A stretch of 64,000 bases of DNA from an uncultured virus (IMG/VR IMGVR_UViG_3300042691_003004) (IMGVR_UViG_3300042691_003004); one strand, 5' to 3'; shown: positions 18,545 through 27,129, counted from the stretch's first letter. The notes: generated by a model from the sequence alone, not told the origin. Program-made: numbers and translations.

Positions 18545-18572
18545 AGCCCCGCGAAAGCGGGGCTTTTTTTTT
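18545..18572 (+). terminator. Intrinsic terminator
   Basis: AGCCCCGC-GAAA-GCGGGGCT plus T run. Confidence 0.9.
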
Positions 18573-18641
18573 GTCCAAAAATCCTGCGCGATGACTTCGC
18601 ACCCTGCACCCGTGAGCCTTTGTGAGCCTGATCAACCCGGT

Positions 18642-18660
18642 TGTTAGGGATTCCCTAACA
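18642..18660. repeat. Palindrome copy 3 TGTTAGGGATTCCCTAACA
   Basis: Read directly. Confidence 0.95.
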
Positions 18661-18751
18661 ACCAATGATGCCAGTTCCCAGAGCAGCGGCGAGCGGCAAT
18701 GTTCGAAAACGACAATGTTCTATTGTTCGTTAATCCTAATGTTCGATTGTT

Positions 18752-18770
18752 CGTTAGGGACTCCCTAACA
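18752..18770. repeat. Palindrome copy 4 CGTTAGGGACTCCCTAACA
   Basis: Read directly. Confidence 0.95.
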
Positions 18771-19198
18771 ATGTTCGATTTCAACACACAAACTCGTTGT
18801 TATGGTGTGTTTACAATGTTCGATTTTTCGATAATGTTCTACGAATGTTCCTATAATGTTCTGTTGCTACGGTACATTATAGTTTGATGCCAGTTCCTGA
18901 AGCGGCGTGGCGGGCCGTGCTGTTTTGTGCCTATCAGAACGTGCACTTCTATATCATTTCTTAACAAAGTCATAAATGTTCGATTTTCAAAAAAAACACC
19001 CACTACCTTTTTTATTTTTCCGCGAGCGCGCCCCAAGGCTATGCGTAATCCGCGTCCAACTCGCAGGGGGTAGGGTGTGTCCTTTTTTGCCAGACTTATA
19101 GAACAATATGGCACATCAAGGACTTGCACAACTACATTATAAGAACATTCAGTACATTACACCTTTCAGCAGCCCCTGCCACGCCCCACCAGAAACAC

Positions 19199-19227
19199 TT
19201 GACAAATGTCACGTTTTGATATATAAT
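19199..19227 (+). promoter_or_regulatory. Early sigma70 promoter P2 (consensus)
   Basis: TTGACA-17 bp-TATAAT. Confidence 0.9.
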
Positions 19228-19289
19228 AGAGGTTGATTAGGTGGAAAAAGCGAACAAAGCAAATCGACCGAAATCGAACAAAGGAACAT

Positions 19290-19308
19290 TGTTAGGGACT
19301 CCCTAACA
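19290..19308. repeat. Palindrome copy 5 TGTTAGGGACTCCCTAACA
   Basis: In leader downstream of P2. Confidence 0.95.
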
Positions 19309-19343
19309 GAACATTCGAACTAACCAAAAAAGGAACATTACCC

Positions 19344-19559
19344 GTGGGACACAACCGCCGACTCAAACCCCGGTGCGCCTCGTGCGGCGACACCTACAGC
19401 CCCAAGCGTGCCAACGCGGGCTACCATCTGTGCATGCCTTGCGGCGATACCCAAGCCCGAGCCGTGCGCCACACCATCGCCCCGATGAACAAATCCAACT
19501 ACATGCTGTTCACCGACATCAGCCTGCTCAAACAACTCAATCCAAAACGCACCACGTGA
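19344..19559 (+). CDS. Small Zn-finger early protein
   Basis: CASC...CMPC; AAAGGA RBS. Confidence 0.65.
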   Translation: MGHNRRLKPRCASCGDTYSPKRANAGYHLCMPCGDTQARAVRHTIAPMNKSNYMLFTDISLLKQLNPKRTT

Positions 19560-19566
19560 GAAAAAC

Positions 19567-19731
19567 ATGACCGACCTATTCAACCTACCCTTTCACGAGT
19601 ACATGTCACGGCGCACCAAGTTCGCCGTTGACCGTGCACAACGCGACAACCTGATCACCATCGATTACGCCGGGCTCGCCCTACTCCAAGCAATGTGGGC
19701 ACGCGAATACTGGCTAAACCGCAACATGTGA
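19567..19731 (+). CDS. Small hypothetical protein (54 aa, MTDLFNLPFHEY...)
   Basis: Below cutoff; tiles the operon. Confidence 0.5.
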   Translation: MTDLFNLPFHEYMSRRTKFAVDRAQRDNLITIDYAGLALLQAMWAREYWLNRNM

Positions 19732-19739
19732 GGTACACC

Positions 19740-19913
19740 ATGAAACAACTTATCAAGCGCATCGCATTACGTATGCTCGAACTCATCCTGTGCGTAGCCA
19801 TTGCCATCGTGCTCGCGGTTGCCATACTCGAATGGTTCGCAGGGTGCGGTGAAACGTACATCGACAGCAAGGGCAAACGGCACGCCCATGAGTGCCTGTT
19901 TATCGGAAGGTGA
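19740..19913 (+). CDS. Small membrane protein
   Basis: GAGG RBS; single hydrophobic helix followed by EWFAGCGETY. Confidence 0.6.
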   Translation: MKQLIKRIALRMLELILCVAIAIVLAVAILEWFAGCGETYIDSKGKRHAHECLFIGR

Positions 19914-19930
19914 CAGACCATAGCAAATCA

Positions 19931-19959
19931 TTGACAAACGTGACATCCTGTGTTATACT
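19931..19959 (+). promoter_or_regulatory. Early sigma70 promoter P3
   Basis: TTGACA-17 bp-TATACT with extended -10 TG. Confidence 0.85.
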
Positions 19960-20003
19960 GTAGTCTGTTCAGTCGATAAGCGTCTGGACAAGCAAACCAA
20001 ACC

Positions 20004-20022
20004 CGTTAGGGAATCCCTAACA
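20004..20022. repeat. Palindrome copy 6 CGTTAGGGAATCCCTAACA
   Basis: Upstream of RBS of 20040. Confidence 0.95.
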
Positions 20023-20039
20023 AACCAAAGGAACTAACC

Positions 20040-20957
20040 ATGAACATGCAAGCCCCCACCATCGCCGCCCCGAGCATCTCGTCCTCGGCTGTCCTCATCG
20101 ACCTGTCCATCTCGTGCTGGACTGGGCGCAAGCTCGACAAGCGCGCATCCAATGACATCACCACACAAAACGGTGCCGCCAAGGGTGTAGCCAACGTGCA
20201 CAAAAAGCTCCTCGGTGACTGCGCCGAATTGGATGCGGTGCAGAAGTTCGCAGCCAACGCTCGCAATGCGCACTACGCCATGACGATGCCGTGGTCAGAC
20301 CTTGGCATGCGGCTGTGCCCCACGGCTAAGTACATCGGTACACCAGACCGGGATGGCTACGAGTCGACGATGACCGACCTGCAAAACGAGTTCTGGCGGC
20401 TTGTTCAGTTGTTCCTCGATGCGTACGACTGGGAGCGTGGGCAAGCGCAGGTCAAGCTCGGCGGCATGTGGAACAGCGACGACTACCCCACGCGGGAAGC
20501 AATCGCCTCGAAGTTCAAGTTCCGGTTCGTGGCTATCCCCCTGCCAGATGCGGGTGACTGGCGGCTCGACATCGGCAATGAGGCAGCCGCCGTCATGCGT
20601 GAGCAGTATGAGAAGTTTTACGGTGATCAGTTGACTAAAGCCATGAATGACGTGTGGGGGCGTGCCCACGAGGCGCTGTCTAAGATGTCTGAGCGGCTCG
20701 ACTACGCCGACGACACCACAAAGAAGGTATTCCGTGACACGCTGGTGACCAACGTGCAGGAGATCGTCGACCTGCTGGGCACCATGAACGTGACGGGCGA
20801 CCCGGTGATGGCTGATGCACACCGCCGCCTCGACCAAGCGATGCAAGGCATCACACCCGATGCCCTGCGTGAGGACGCATACCTGCGTGCTCAGACTAAA
20901 CGCCAAGTCGATGAGGTCAAGCGGATCATCGACAACCTGCCCGGGCTGGGGTTCTGA
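20040..20957 (+). CDS. DUF3150-like protein
   Basis: LIDLSISCWTGRKLD N-terminus, DYP...KFKF; adjacent to AAA/VWA pair. Confidence 0.55.
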   Translation: MNMQAPTIAAPSISSSAVLIDLSISCWTGRKLDKRASNDITTQNGAAKGVANVHKKLLGDCAELDAVQKFAANARNAHYAMTMPWSDLGMRLCPTAKYIGTPDRDGYESTMTDLQNEFWRLVQLFLDAYDWERGQAQVKLGGMWNSDDYPTREAIASKFKFRFVAIPLPDAGDWRLDIGNEAAAVMREQYEKFYGDQLTKAMNDVWGRAHEALSKMSERLDYADDTTKKVFRDTLVTNVQEIVDLLGTMNVTGDPVMADAHRRLDQAMQGITPDALREDAYLRAQTKRQVDEVKRIIDNLPGLGF

Positions 20958-20964
20958 CCCGCTA

Positions 20965-20983
20965 CGTTAGGGAATCCCTAACA
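20965..20983. repeat. Palindrome copy 7 CGTTAGGGAATCCCTAACA
   Basis: 7 bp after stop. Confidence 0.95.
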
Positions 20984-21059
20984 TTTCACCATGCCATCAC
21001 ACTCATTGGCGAACCACAAAGTTCACGTAACAAAACTCAACTAACTGAAGGAAAACATC

Positions 21060-22154
21060 ATGGCTAACCAAGCAATCGCAATGTACGCACTGGGCCTCGA
21101 CCAGATCGAAACCGCCATCCGTCTGGGTGGTAACAAGCGAACCATCCTCGTGCAAGGTCACATGGGTACGGGCAAATCATCACTACTCAAGGCATTGGGT
21201 AAGGCACTGCCCGGACACACCATGTGCTACTTCGACTGCACGACCAAGGACCTCGGCGACATCACCATCCCACAACTGCAAACCATCGACGACCAAGGCT
21301 TTGTGCGGTACGTGACCAATGAGGAGTTGGGGTTGCACCTGTCCAAGCCGATCATCCTGATGATCGATGAGTACGGCAAGGCTAACCCTGCGGTGAAGAA
21401 CGCCATGCTCAGGCTCATGCTCGAAGGCAAGCTCGGCTCGTACGAACTGCACCCTGCCTCGTTACGGTTTGCGACCACTAACCTCGGCTCCGAGGGCGTG
21501 GGTGACATCCTGCCGCCGCATGCTCGCAACCGCATGACCGTGATCACTGCACGCAAGCCGTCCAACATGGAATGGATCGAGTGGGGTATCAACAACGGTG
21601 TCGACCACACCTTGCTTGGCTGGTGCAAAGATAACCCGCAACTGTTTCACTCGTTCGAGGACATCAAGGACCCCGACCAGAACCCTTACATCTTTCACCC
21701 CAAGGCGGCACGTACGTCATTCGTGACTCCTCGGTCACTCGAAGCGGCGTCCGACTGGCTGAAGGTGCGGGCGGGCATGGACGACCAGACCCTGACATCT
21801 ATGCTCATGGGCACTATCGGTGAGCGCGGTGCGATGGACTTGATGGCATTCGTTAAGTTGTCAGACCAACTGCCATCGTTGCAGTCAATCAAGGACGACC
21901 CGATGCAAGCGAAGGTACCTGACTCGGATGCTGCCGTGTGTATGGTGGTGTACCGCACCTTGGCAACCATCGACCGCGAGTGGGTCGATCAGTGGATGGA
22001 CTACATGGCGCGTCTGGACAAGGAAGCGCAGGGCCTGTTCGCCAACGGTGTGCGCAACCCGAAGTACAACAAGCAGGCGCTCGTGATGACCAATAAGAAG
22101 TTCACCAAGTGGGCGATGGACAACAACTACATGTTCGCCGCTGACAAGAAGTGA
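21060..22154 (+). CDS. MoxR-type AAA+ ATPase
   Basis: Walker A GHMGTGKS, Walker B ILMIDE, ATTN sensor, TPRS. Confidence 0.8.
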   Translation: MANQAIAMYALGLDQIETAIRLGGNKRTILVQGHMGTGKSSLLKALGKALPGHTMCYFDCTTKDLGDITIPQLQTIDDQGFVRYVTNEELGLHLSKPIILMIDEYGKANPAVKNAMLRLMLEGKLGSYELHPASLRFATTNLGSEGVGDILPPHARNRMTVITARKPSNMEWIEWGINNGVDHTLLGWCKDNPQLFHSFEDIKDPDQNPYIFHPKAARTSFVTPRSLEAASDWLKVRAGMDDQTLTSMLMGTIGERGAMDLMAFVKLSDQLPSLQSIKDDPMQAKVPDSDAAVCMVVYRTLATIDREWVDQWMDYMARLDKEAQGLFANGVRNPKYNKQALVMTNKKFTKWAMDNNYMFAADKK

Positions 22155-22173
22155 TGTTAGGGATTCCCTAACA
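22155..22173. repeat. Palindrome copy 8 TGTTAGGGATTCCCTAACA
   Basis: Abuts TGA stop. Confidence 0.95.
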
Positions 22174-22192
22174 AACCAACCAAGGAACAAAC

Positions 22193-23419
22193 ATGTTAAT
22201 GATCGGTAAACAACTGACCGCTGAACAGCGGTTGACCAAGGCTGTCGTGGACATCATGGCGTCACCCAAGTACGTGGCGCTCGCTGGTGTGCTCATGGTG
22301 GGCAAGCGTGAGATCGACGACAAGGTGCCGACTGCGTGCACTAACGGTCGGGACGAGGCGTACGGGCGTGCGTTCGTCGAATCCCTTAACGATGCTGAAC
22401 TGCGGTTCCTCGTTCTGCACGAGTGCTATCACAAGTTGTACAAGCATCTGACCACGTGGCGTCATCTGTACGACGAGAACCCCGTGCTTGCCAACGTCGC
22501 ATGTGACTACGTGATCAACATCAAGATCACCGACGACAACGGGGATGGGTTTGCCAAGATGCCCATGCGTGGGGGTAAAGCTGTCGGTGTGCTCAATGAG
22601 AAGTATCGGGGCATGGACTCGGCGCAGGTGTACAAGCTGCTCAAGGACGAGCACGAGGGTGGGGGCGGTGGTGGGTCGGGCGACGGCTCGGGAACTGGCA
22701 TCCCGCAGCCCGGCTCAGGCTCTGGGCTTGATGATCACGACTGGGAGGGGGCGCAAGCTCTCACGCAGGAAGAACGCAAGGCGCTTGAGCGTGACCTTGA
22801 CGAAGCCATCAGGCAGGGTGCGTTGATTGCAGGCAAGCTCGGCACGGGTGGTGACCGCGACATCGAGGCGTTGCTTCAAACCAAGGTCGACTGGCGCGAA
22901 GCTCTGCGTGAGTTCATCAGCACCACATGCGCGGGCAATGACTACTCAACATGGCGTAGGCCGAATCGTCGGTTCGTCAGCATGGGCCATTACTTGCCAT
23001 CAGGTGTGAGCGAACAAGTGGGCGAGCTTGTGATTGCCATCGATACATCAGGCTCCATCGGTGGACGCGAGTTGTCGCAGTTTCTCGGTGAGGTCAAAGG
23101 CATCTGCGACAGCGTGCGCCCTGACTGCATCCGACTGCTGTACTGGGACACCAAGGTGTGCGCTGACGAGAAGTACGTGGGCGCAGAGGTTGAGAACATC
23201 GTCAACAGCACCAAGCCTGCGGGGGGTGGGGGCACGAGTGTTGGGTGTGTGCCTGAGTACATGACTGAGCATGCCATCAAGCCGCAAGCTGTGGTGGTGC
23301 TCACCGATGGCTATCTCGGCGGTAGCTGGGGTACGTGGACTGTACCTGTGCTGTGGTGCATCGTCGGTGGTAACAGCGCCGTGGCTGACTGCGGTAAGAC
23401 GATTCACGTGAACGACTAA
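22193..23419 (+). CDS. Metallopeptidase-like + VWA protein (DUF2201-like)
   Basis: HECYH (HExxH), MIDAS DTSGS, GGGT, LTDG. Confidence 0.8.
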   Translation: MLMIGKQLTAEQRLTKAVVDIMASPKYVALAGVLMVGKREIDDKVPTACTNGRDEAYGRAFVESLNDAELRFLVLHECYHKLYKHLTTWRHLYDENPVLANVACDYVINIKITDDNGDGFAKMPMRGGKAVGVLNEKYRGMDSAQVYKLLKDEHEGGGGGGSGDGSGTGIPQPGSGSGLDDHDWEGAQALTQEERKALERDLDEAIRQGALIAGKLGTGGDRDIEALLQTKVDWREALREFISTTCAGNDYSTWRRPNRRFVSMGHYLPSGVSEQVGELVIAIDTSGSIGGRELSQFLGEVKGICDSVRPDCIRLLYWDTKVCADEKYVGAEVENIVNSTKPAGGGGTSVGCVPEYMTEHAIKPQAVVVLTDGYLGGSWGTWTVPVLWCIVGGNSAVADCGKTIHVND

Positions 23420-23438
23420 TGTTAGGGACTCCCTAACA
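23420..23438. repeat. Palindrome copy 9 TGTTAGGGACTCCCTAACA
   Basis: Abuts TAA stop. Confidence 0.95.
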
Positions 23439-23454
23439 ACTTAGGAATTACATC

Positions 23455-23673
23455 ATGACCAATATCCTACAAACGTATTCCATGGCGTACATCACGTTCA
23501 CAGATGGTACGACGCAGGAGTTCAAGGTGAAGGCGGCACCGAGTGTGGTGCCCCACCTCACCAAAGAAATGAAATCTTCAGGGTTCCTGACTCTGTGGAA
23601 CGACACCGACACGTTGTGCATCCGTGCCGATGCGATCAAACAATTTTCGATGCGCGAACTAACCAAGGAGTAA
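23455..23673 (+). CDS. Small early protein (possible paralog of 24625-24912)
   Basis: AGGA RBS; operon tiling. Confidence 0.65.
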   Translation: MTNILQTYSMAYITFTDGTTQEFKVKAAPSVVPHLTKEMKSSGFLTLWNDTDTLCIRADAIKQFSMRELTKE

Positions 23674-23678
23674 CTAAC

Positions 23679-24623
23679 ATGCGATTCAACACATTCGATC
23701 AGGTCGCGGCTGCGTACAACAACATCAAGCCCATCAAGAGCAAGTATCACACGGGTGAGCATGACGTGCGCCCTATCGGCCAACGTCGTCGTAAGTGGGA
23801 ACGTATTAAGAAGATAGACGACAACACCTACGCCCTATGTGATGGTTCGTATGGCAACCACATGTACGGCAACGTGTCGCCTGAGCAGCATGAGTACGAG
23901 AATGCCATGGCACCTATCTTGTGGATGCGGCGCGAGGACGGTGACTTCATCCGTATACGCAATCATCTTCGCGGTGCGTGCAGCTACTCACGCTACAACT
24001 TCTTACGCTGGCAACTGCCGAAGCAGATGTGGTTTGGGTACAACCAGCAAGGGCAGCACTGGATCGAGTACGCAGGTACGCAGTATCACTTACCCAAGAG
24101 CAAGGGGGCATGGAACAACCAGAGCCAAACGTTCACGGATGACAACATGTTCTTGTTGTTCCGTGCGAATGAGGATGGCACGTTCACTCGTGCGGGTAAC
24201 AAGATGCGGTACACGTCTACGCATGTGGACAAGGCGCTCAAGGACGCATGGCGTGCCCGCATCGAATCGTTCTATACGTACTGCGGTGCGCTTGCGCCAA
24301 TCATCAAGACAGACTGGGAGGCACGGCACGAGTACACCAACATGATACGAGGGTACACGTTGGACTGGGGTACGCGGCAAGGCATGGGCAATCTGGTCGG
24401 TGCATACATGCGCCCGGCTACTACGGGAATACCGTCGGACCTTGTGCGTGAGATTGTCACTGAGGAAGATCATCCCATGCGTGTGGCGTTCGCAGCGTTG
24501 GTGGTCTATGAGATCGATGCGAAGCGGGTGATCGAGAGCAAAGCGCAGTTGCAAAGTATCAGATCGGCGTTCAATCGCCTGATGAACAAAACGTTGAACC
24601 TGTACAAAGTTGAGGAGGTGTGA
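23679..24623 (+). CDS. Early hypothetical protein
   Basis: AAGGAG RBS before MRFNTF. Confidence 0.7.
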   Translation: MRFNTFDQVAAAYNNIKPIKSKYHTGEHDVRPIGQRRRKWERIKKIDDNTYALCDGSYGNHMYGNVSPEQHEYENAMAPILWMRREDGDFIRIRNHLRGACSYSRYNFLRWQLPKQMWFGYNQQGQHWIEYAGTQYHLPKSKGAWNNQSQTFTDDNMFLLFRANEDGTFTRAGNKMRYTSTHVDKALKDAWRARIESFYTYCGALAPIIKTDWEARHEYTNMIRGYTLDWGTRQGMGNLVGAYMRPATTGIPSDLVREIVTEEDHPMRVAFAALVVYEIDAKRVIESKAQLQSIRSAFNRLMNKTLNLYKVEEV

Positions 24624-24624
24624 G

Positions 24625-24912
24625 ATGGCGAACTCTATATTGACATCGCAAGAGATGATTAGCAGCGCACGAGAGATGCTAAAGAGGGAGATGCAGCGAA
24701 ACGAAGTGTTCTCGCTTTGTGAGGTCACCCTCAAAGATGGCACCGTGCTTGGGCCGATCATGTTGGAGATGACACCGTATGACATCGAGCGCATTCAAAA
24801 AGTTGCAGATGGGTTCAACATGCTCGCGCTGGCTAATCAAAACGAGTCGCTACTTGTGCCCGTGGCAGATATCAAGCACATCAAGATGATGCGCGTAACG
24901 AGTAAGGAGTAA
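24625..24912 (+). CDS. Small early protein
   Basis: GGAGG RBS before MANSIL. Confidence 0.65.
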   Translation: MANSILTSQEMISSAREMLKREMQRNEVFSLCEVTLKDGTVLGPIMLEMTPYDIERIQKVADGFNMLALANQNESLLVPVADIKHIKMMRVTSKE

Positions 24913-24916
24913 TCAC

Positions 24917-25876
24917 ATGTACAAACACATGCCTGTTGATAAGTTGGAACGTGAGCATCAAGCATCGTTGAAGTTCCGTGAAACGCACATGGATACAACG
25001 GACGAGGAAACGCGGCGGCAACTTGCGCGTGTCAGTGTTGATGTCATGGGGCTACCTGCGACACGACAACTCGCGGAGTTTTGCTATGAGGTACGCAAGA
25101 TCGCACGTGGTGTGAAGTTTGCCGCAACACGTAATGGCAAAGCCACGTGGCTAGAGGGTCACCAACTTGTGTCCGAGGTCTGGGTGTACTACCCGGATGA
25201 TGAGTTCGCATTCGCACGGATTGGGTACGCCGATTACTCCGTGAGCGGCACCAACTCCAAGTACGGTGTGTATTCACGGCACATCGAAAACCAGAAGTTT
25301 GGTGACGACCGAGAGCAACGTCACATGGTGTTGTCGGACGACCTTGCACGCGCTGTGCGTAACTTCAAGAAGTACTTGCGTCGCTATTCACTCCAAGAGA
25401 CAGCAACCATGCGGCTGGGTGACTTCTCATCAAAGATCAGCACGCTGTCGTGGGGTGCATCGACTGAGTATGCCTCTGCGAGGTCTGGGTTGGTCGAGCA
25501 TCCGTCGTTCTATGACGAGATGTGTTCATTGCTTGACCGGGGCTATGAGTTCATCAACCCTGCGTTCAAGCTGCGCGTCGCTGAGATGGTGGAGAAGAAA
25601 AAGATTGCAGCCGCGCGGAGTAACGCCGTACACCACGCGTACTACGTGACTGCGCGAGATCAAAACGGTGAGCAAGTGTTTGATGTGATCTTTGTCTGTG
25701 ATCTCAAACACACGAACAGCACGCAGACTCATTACTCGCTAAGCATGGACGCGGTGGAAGCACTCGAAGCCGAGTTGCCCCATAAACTTGCCGCCCTGTC
25801 CATGCTTGAGGATGGTGGGTTCGTCGAAGGGTTGGGCATGCGCGTGTCTGCCAAAACTTATTGGGTGTTGAAATGA
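24917..25876 (+). CDS. Early hypothetical protein (319 aa)
   Basis: AAGGAG RBS; long ORF. Confidence 0.7.
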   Translation: MYKHMPVDKLEREHQASLKFRETHMDTTDEETRRQLARVSVDVMGLPATRQLAEFCYEVRKIARGVKFAATRNGKATWLEGHQLVSEVWVYYPDDEFAFARIGYADYSVSGTNSKYGVYSRHIENQKFGDDREQRHMVLSDDLARAVRNFKKYLRRYSLQETATMRLGDFSSKISTLSWGASTEYASARSGLVEHPSFYDEMCSLLDRGYEFINPAFKLRVAEMVEKKKIAAARSNAVHHAYYVTARDQNGEQVFDVIFVCDLKHTNSTQTHYSLSMDAVEALEAELPHKLAALSMLEDGGFVEGLGMRVSAKTYWVLK

Positions 25877-26361
25877 CTACCGTCGTTAGGCACAAGGTCG
25901 ATAACTTGTTTGGGTGGAACGACCTGCGTCAGGTTGAGAACGACCCCGACCAGATATCGCGGTACATAATTTCTGCGAAGGGGCAGTTGACCCGAGGCGA
26001 ACGACAAATCTATGTGACCAACATCGTGTCGTTTGAACAATACTTATCAGGGGCGGGAAGCACATCAATGCGCATGGATATGGCTGAGTACCCATCAGAT
26101 GACAGGTTATGGCGCATAGGTATATTCCCCGATGGAGTTGATGTCGTTTGTTTAGGCGTTGATAGTGTTGACTCCAATTTGGAAGGACACTATGATCGTA
26201 TCGACGACTTACCCAACTGGGTTAAGGAGCGACTCGCTGTATTGAGCATGATGTCTGCTACTCCCCCCACTGCAACGGTGGAGGGAGTAGGGCGTCGCAT
26301 CTCTGCGCACGTGTACTGGGTGGTAGCACCGAGTACATCGCAGGCGTCCACGTCCGCTTGA
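25873..26361 (+). CDS. Early hypothetical protein
   Basis: ATGA overlap with previous stop; C-terminus resembles that of previous ORF. Confidence 0.6.
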   Translation: MTTVVRHKVDNLFGWNDLRQVENDPDQISRYIISAKGQLTRGERQIYVTNIVSFEQYLSGAGSTSMRMDMAEYPSDDRLWRIGIFPDGVDVVCLGVDSVDSNLEGHYDRIDDLPNWVKERLAVLSMMSATPPTATVEGVGRRISAHVYWVVAPSTSQASTSA

Positions 26362-26371
26362 CGTGTGTGAC

Positions 26372-26390
26372 TGTTAGGGACTCCCTAACA
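26372..26390. repeat. Palindrome copy 10 TGTTAGGGACTCCCTAACA
   Basis: Immediately upstream of RBS of 26407. Confidence 0.95.
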
Positions 26391-26406
26391 AATTGGAGTA
26401 AGCACG

Positions 26407-26766
26407 ATGAGAAGAAAACTCAGCACCACCGAGAAGGTGCGGCGACTGATCGATCAAGGCTACACAAACAAAGCCATCATCGACAAGTTACGCATCAAGC
26501 CGCAGGCGGTTTACAACATCCGGTATCAAATCAACAAGGCTCGGGGGCTGGGTGCCATTGGCACCCCCACCCCTACGCCCGCTGACGGTATCGGTGCGCC
26601 CCCAAAGCGTAAGTACACACGGCGCATTCGCGCGGGGGAACTGGCATCACCGCCCTTTGAACCCGCCAACTTAAAAGAACCGCCACAGCCGTACACGGCG
26701 ATCATGATCGAACCTGAAGCCAAGCCGACCCTGTGGCAGCGCATCGTCAAACTTTTCAAGAGATAA
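26407..26766 (+). CDS. Putative HTH DNA-binding protein
   Basis: GYTNKAIIDKLRIKPQAVYNIR resembles a helix-turn-helix. Confidence 0.5.
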   Translation: MRRKLSTTEKVRRLIDQGYTNKAIIDKLRIKPQAVYNIRYQINKARGLGAIGTPTPTPADGIGAPPKRKYTRRIRAGELASPPFEPANLKEPPQPYTAIMIEPEAKPTLWQRIVKLFKR

Positions 26767-26769
26767 GCC

Positions 26770-27129
26770 ATGAAAGAGATTCAACTCAAAGAACTGCATC
26801 GTTGCATCAAGTTCATTGCCGGTGTGGGTTGCCGATTCAAGATTATCACTGAGGATGGGCAGGAGTTCGGTGACCTGCAAGTTGTTACTGAACAACCAAA
26901 GGGTAAGCGCGGGCCGCTGAAGTATCCGTATGGCGCACTGACTGCGTGGTTCCGTCCCCGGCTGGACCTCAATGCCGAAGTCGGCAGTGTGCAGACAATC
27001 GAGTGCGGCGAGTTCGATCCCGAGACCCTGCGTGGCAGCTTGTGTTCAGAACTTGGTAAGCGATGGGGCAACGACACCTACACGTCGGCAATCGTAGGTG
27101 ATCACATCGAGATACTGAGGACTGCGTGA
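26770..27129 (+). CDS. Hypothetical protein
   Basis: Operon tiling. Confidence 0.6.
   Translation: MKEIQLKELHRCIKFIAGVGCRFKIITEDGQEFGDLQVVTEQPKGKRGPLKYPYGALTAWFRPRLDLNAEVGSVQTIECGEFDPETLRGSLCSELGKRWGNDTYTSAIVGDHIEILRTA

Larger units (their letters stand above)
18698..19339. repeat. Oppositely oriented arrays of heptamer AWTGTTC / GAACAWW
   Basis: ~11 forward copies at 18698-18981 and ~7 inverted copies at 19101-19339. Confidence 0.8.

Noticed and set aside
18699..18887. 62-aa ORF in repeat region
   Set aside because: Translation merely reflects the AATGTTC repeats; no clear RBS.
23403..23413. Second parS-like site (TTCACGTGAAC)
   Set aside because: Only the 10-bp core matches; plausible by chance.
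17861..26390. Palindrome copies as a CRISPR array
   Set aside because: Spacing is irregular (about 0.1-3 kb) with whole genes between copies; no cas operon.
17861..26390. Palindrome as integron attC sites
   Set aside because: attC runs RYYYAAC...GTTRRRY over more than 55 bp. Here the order is GTT...AAC in 17 bp, and no integron integrase is seen.
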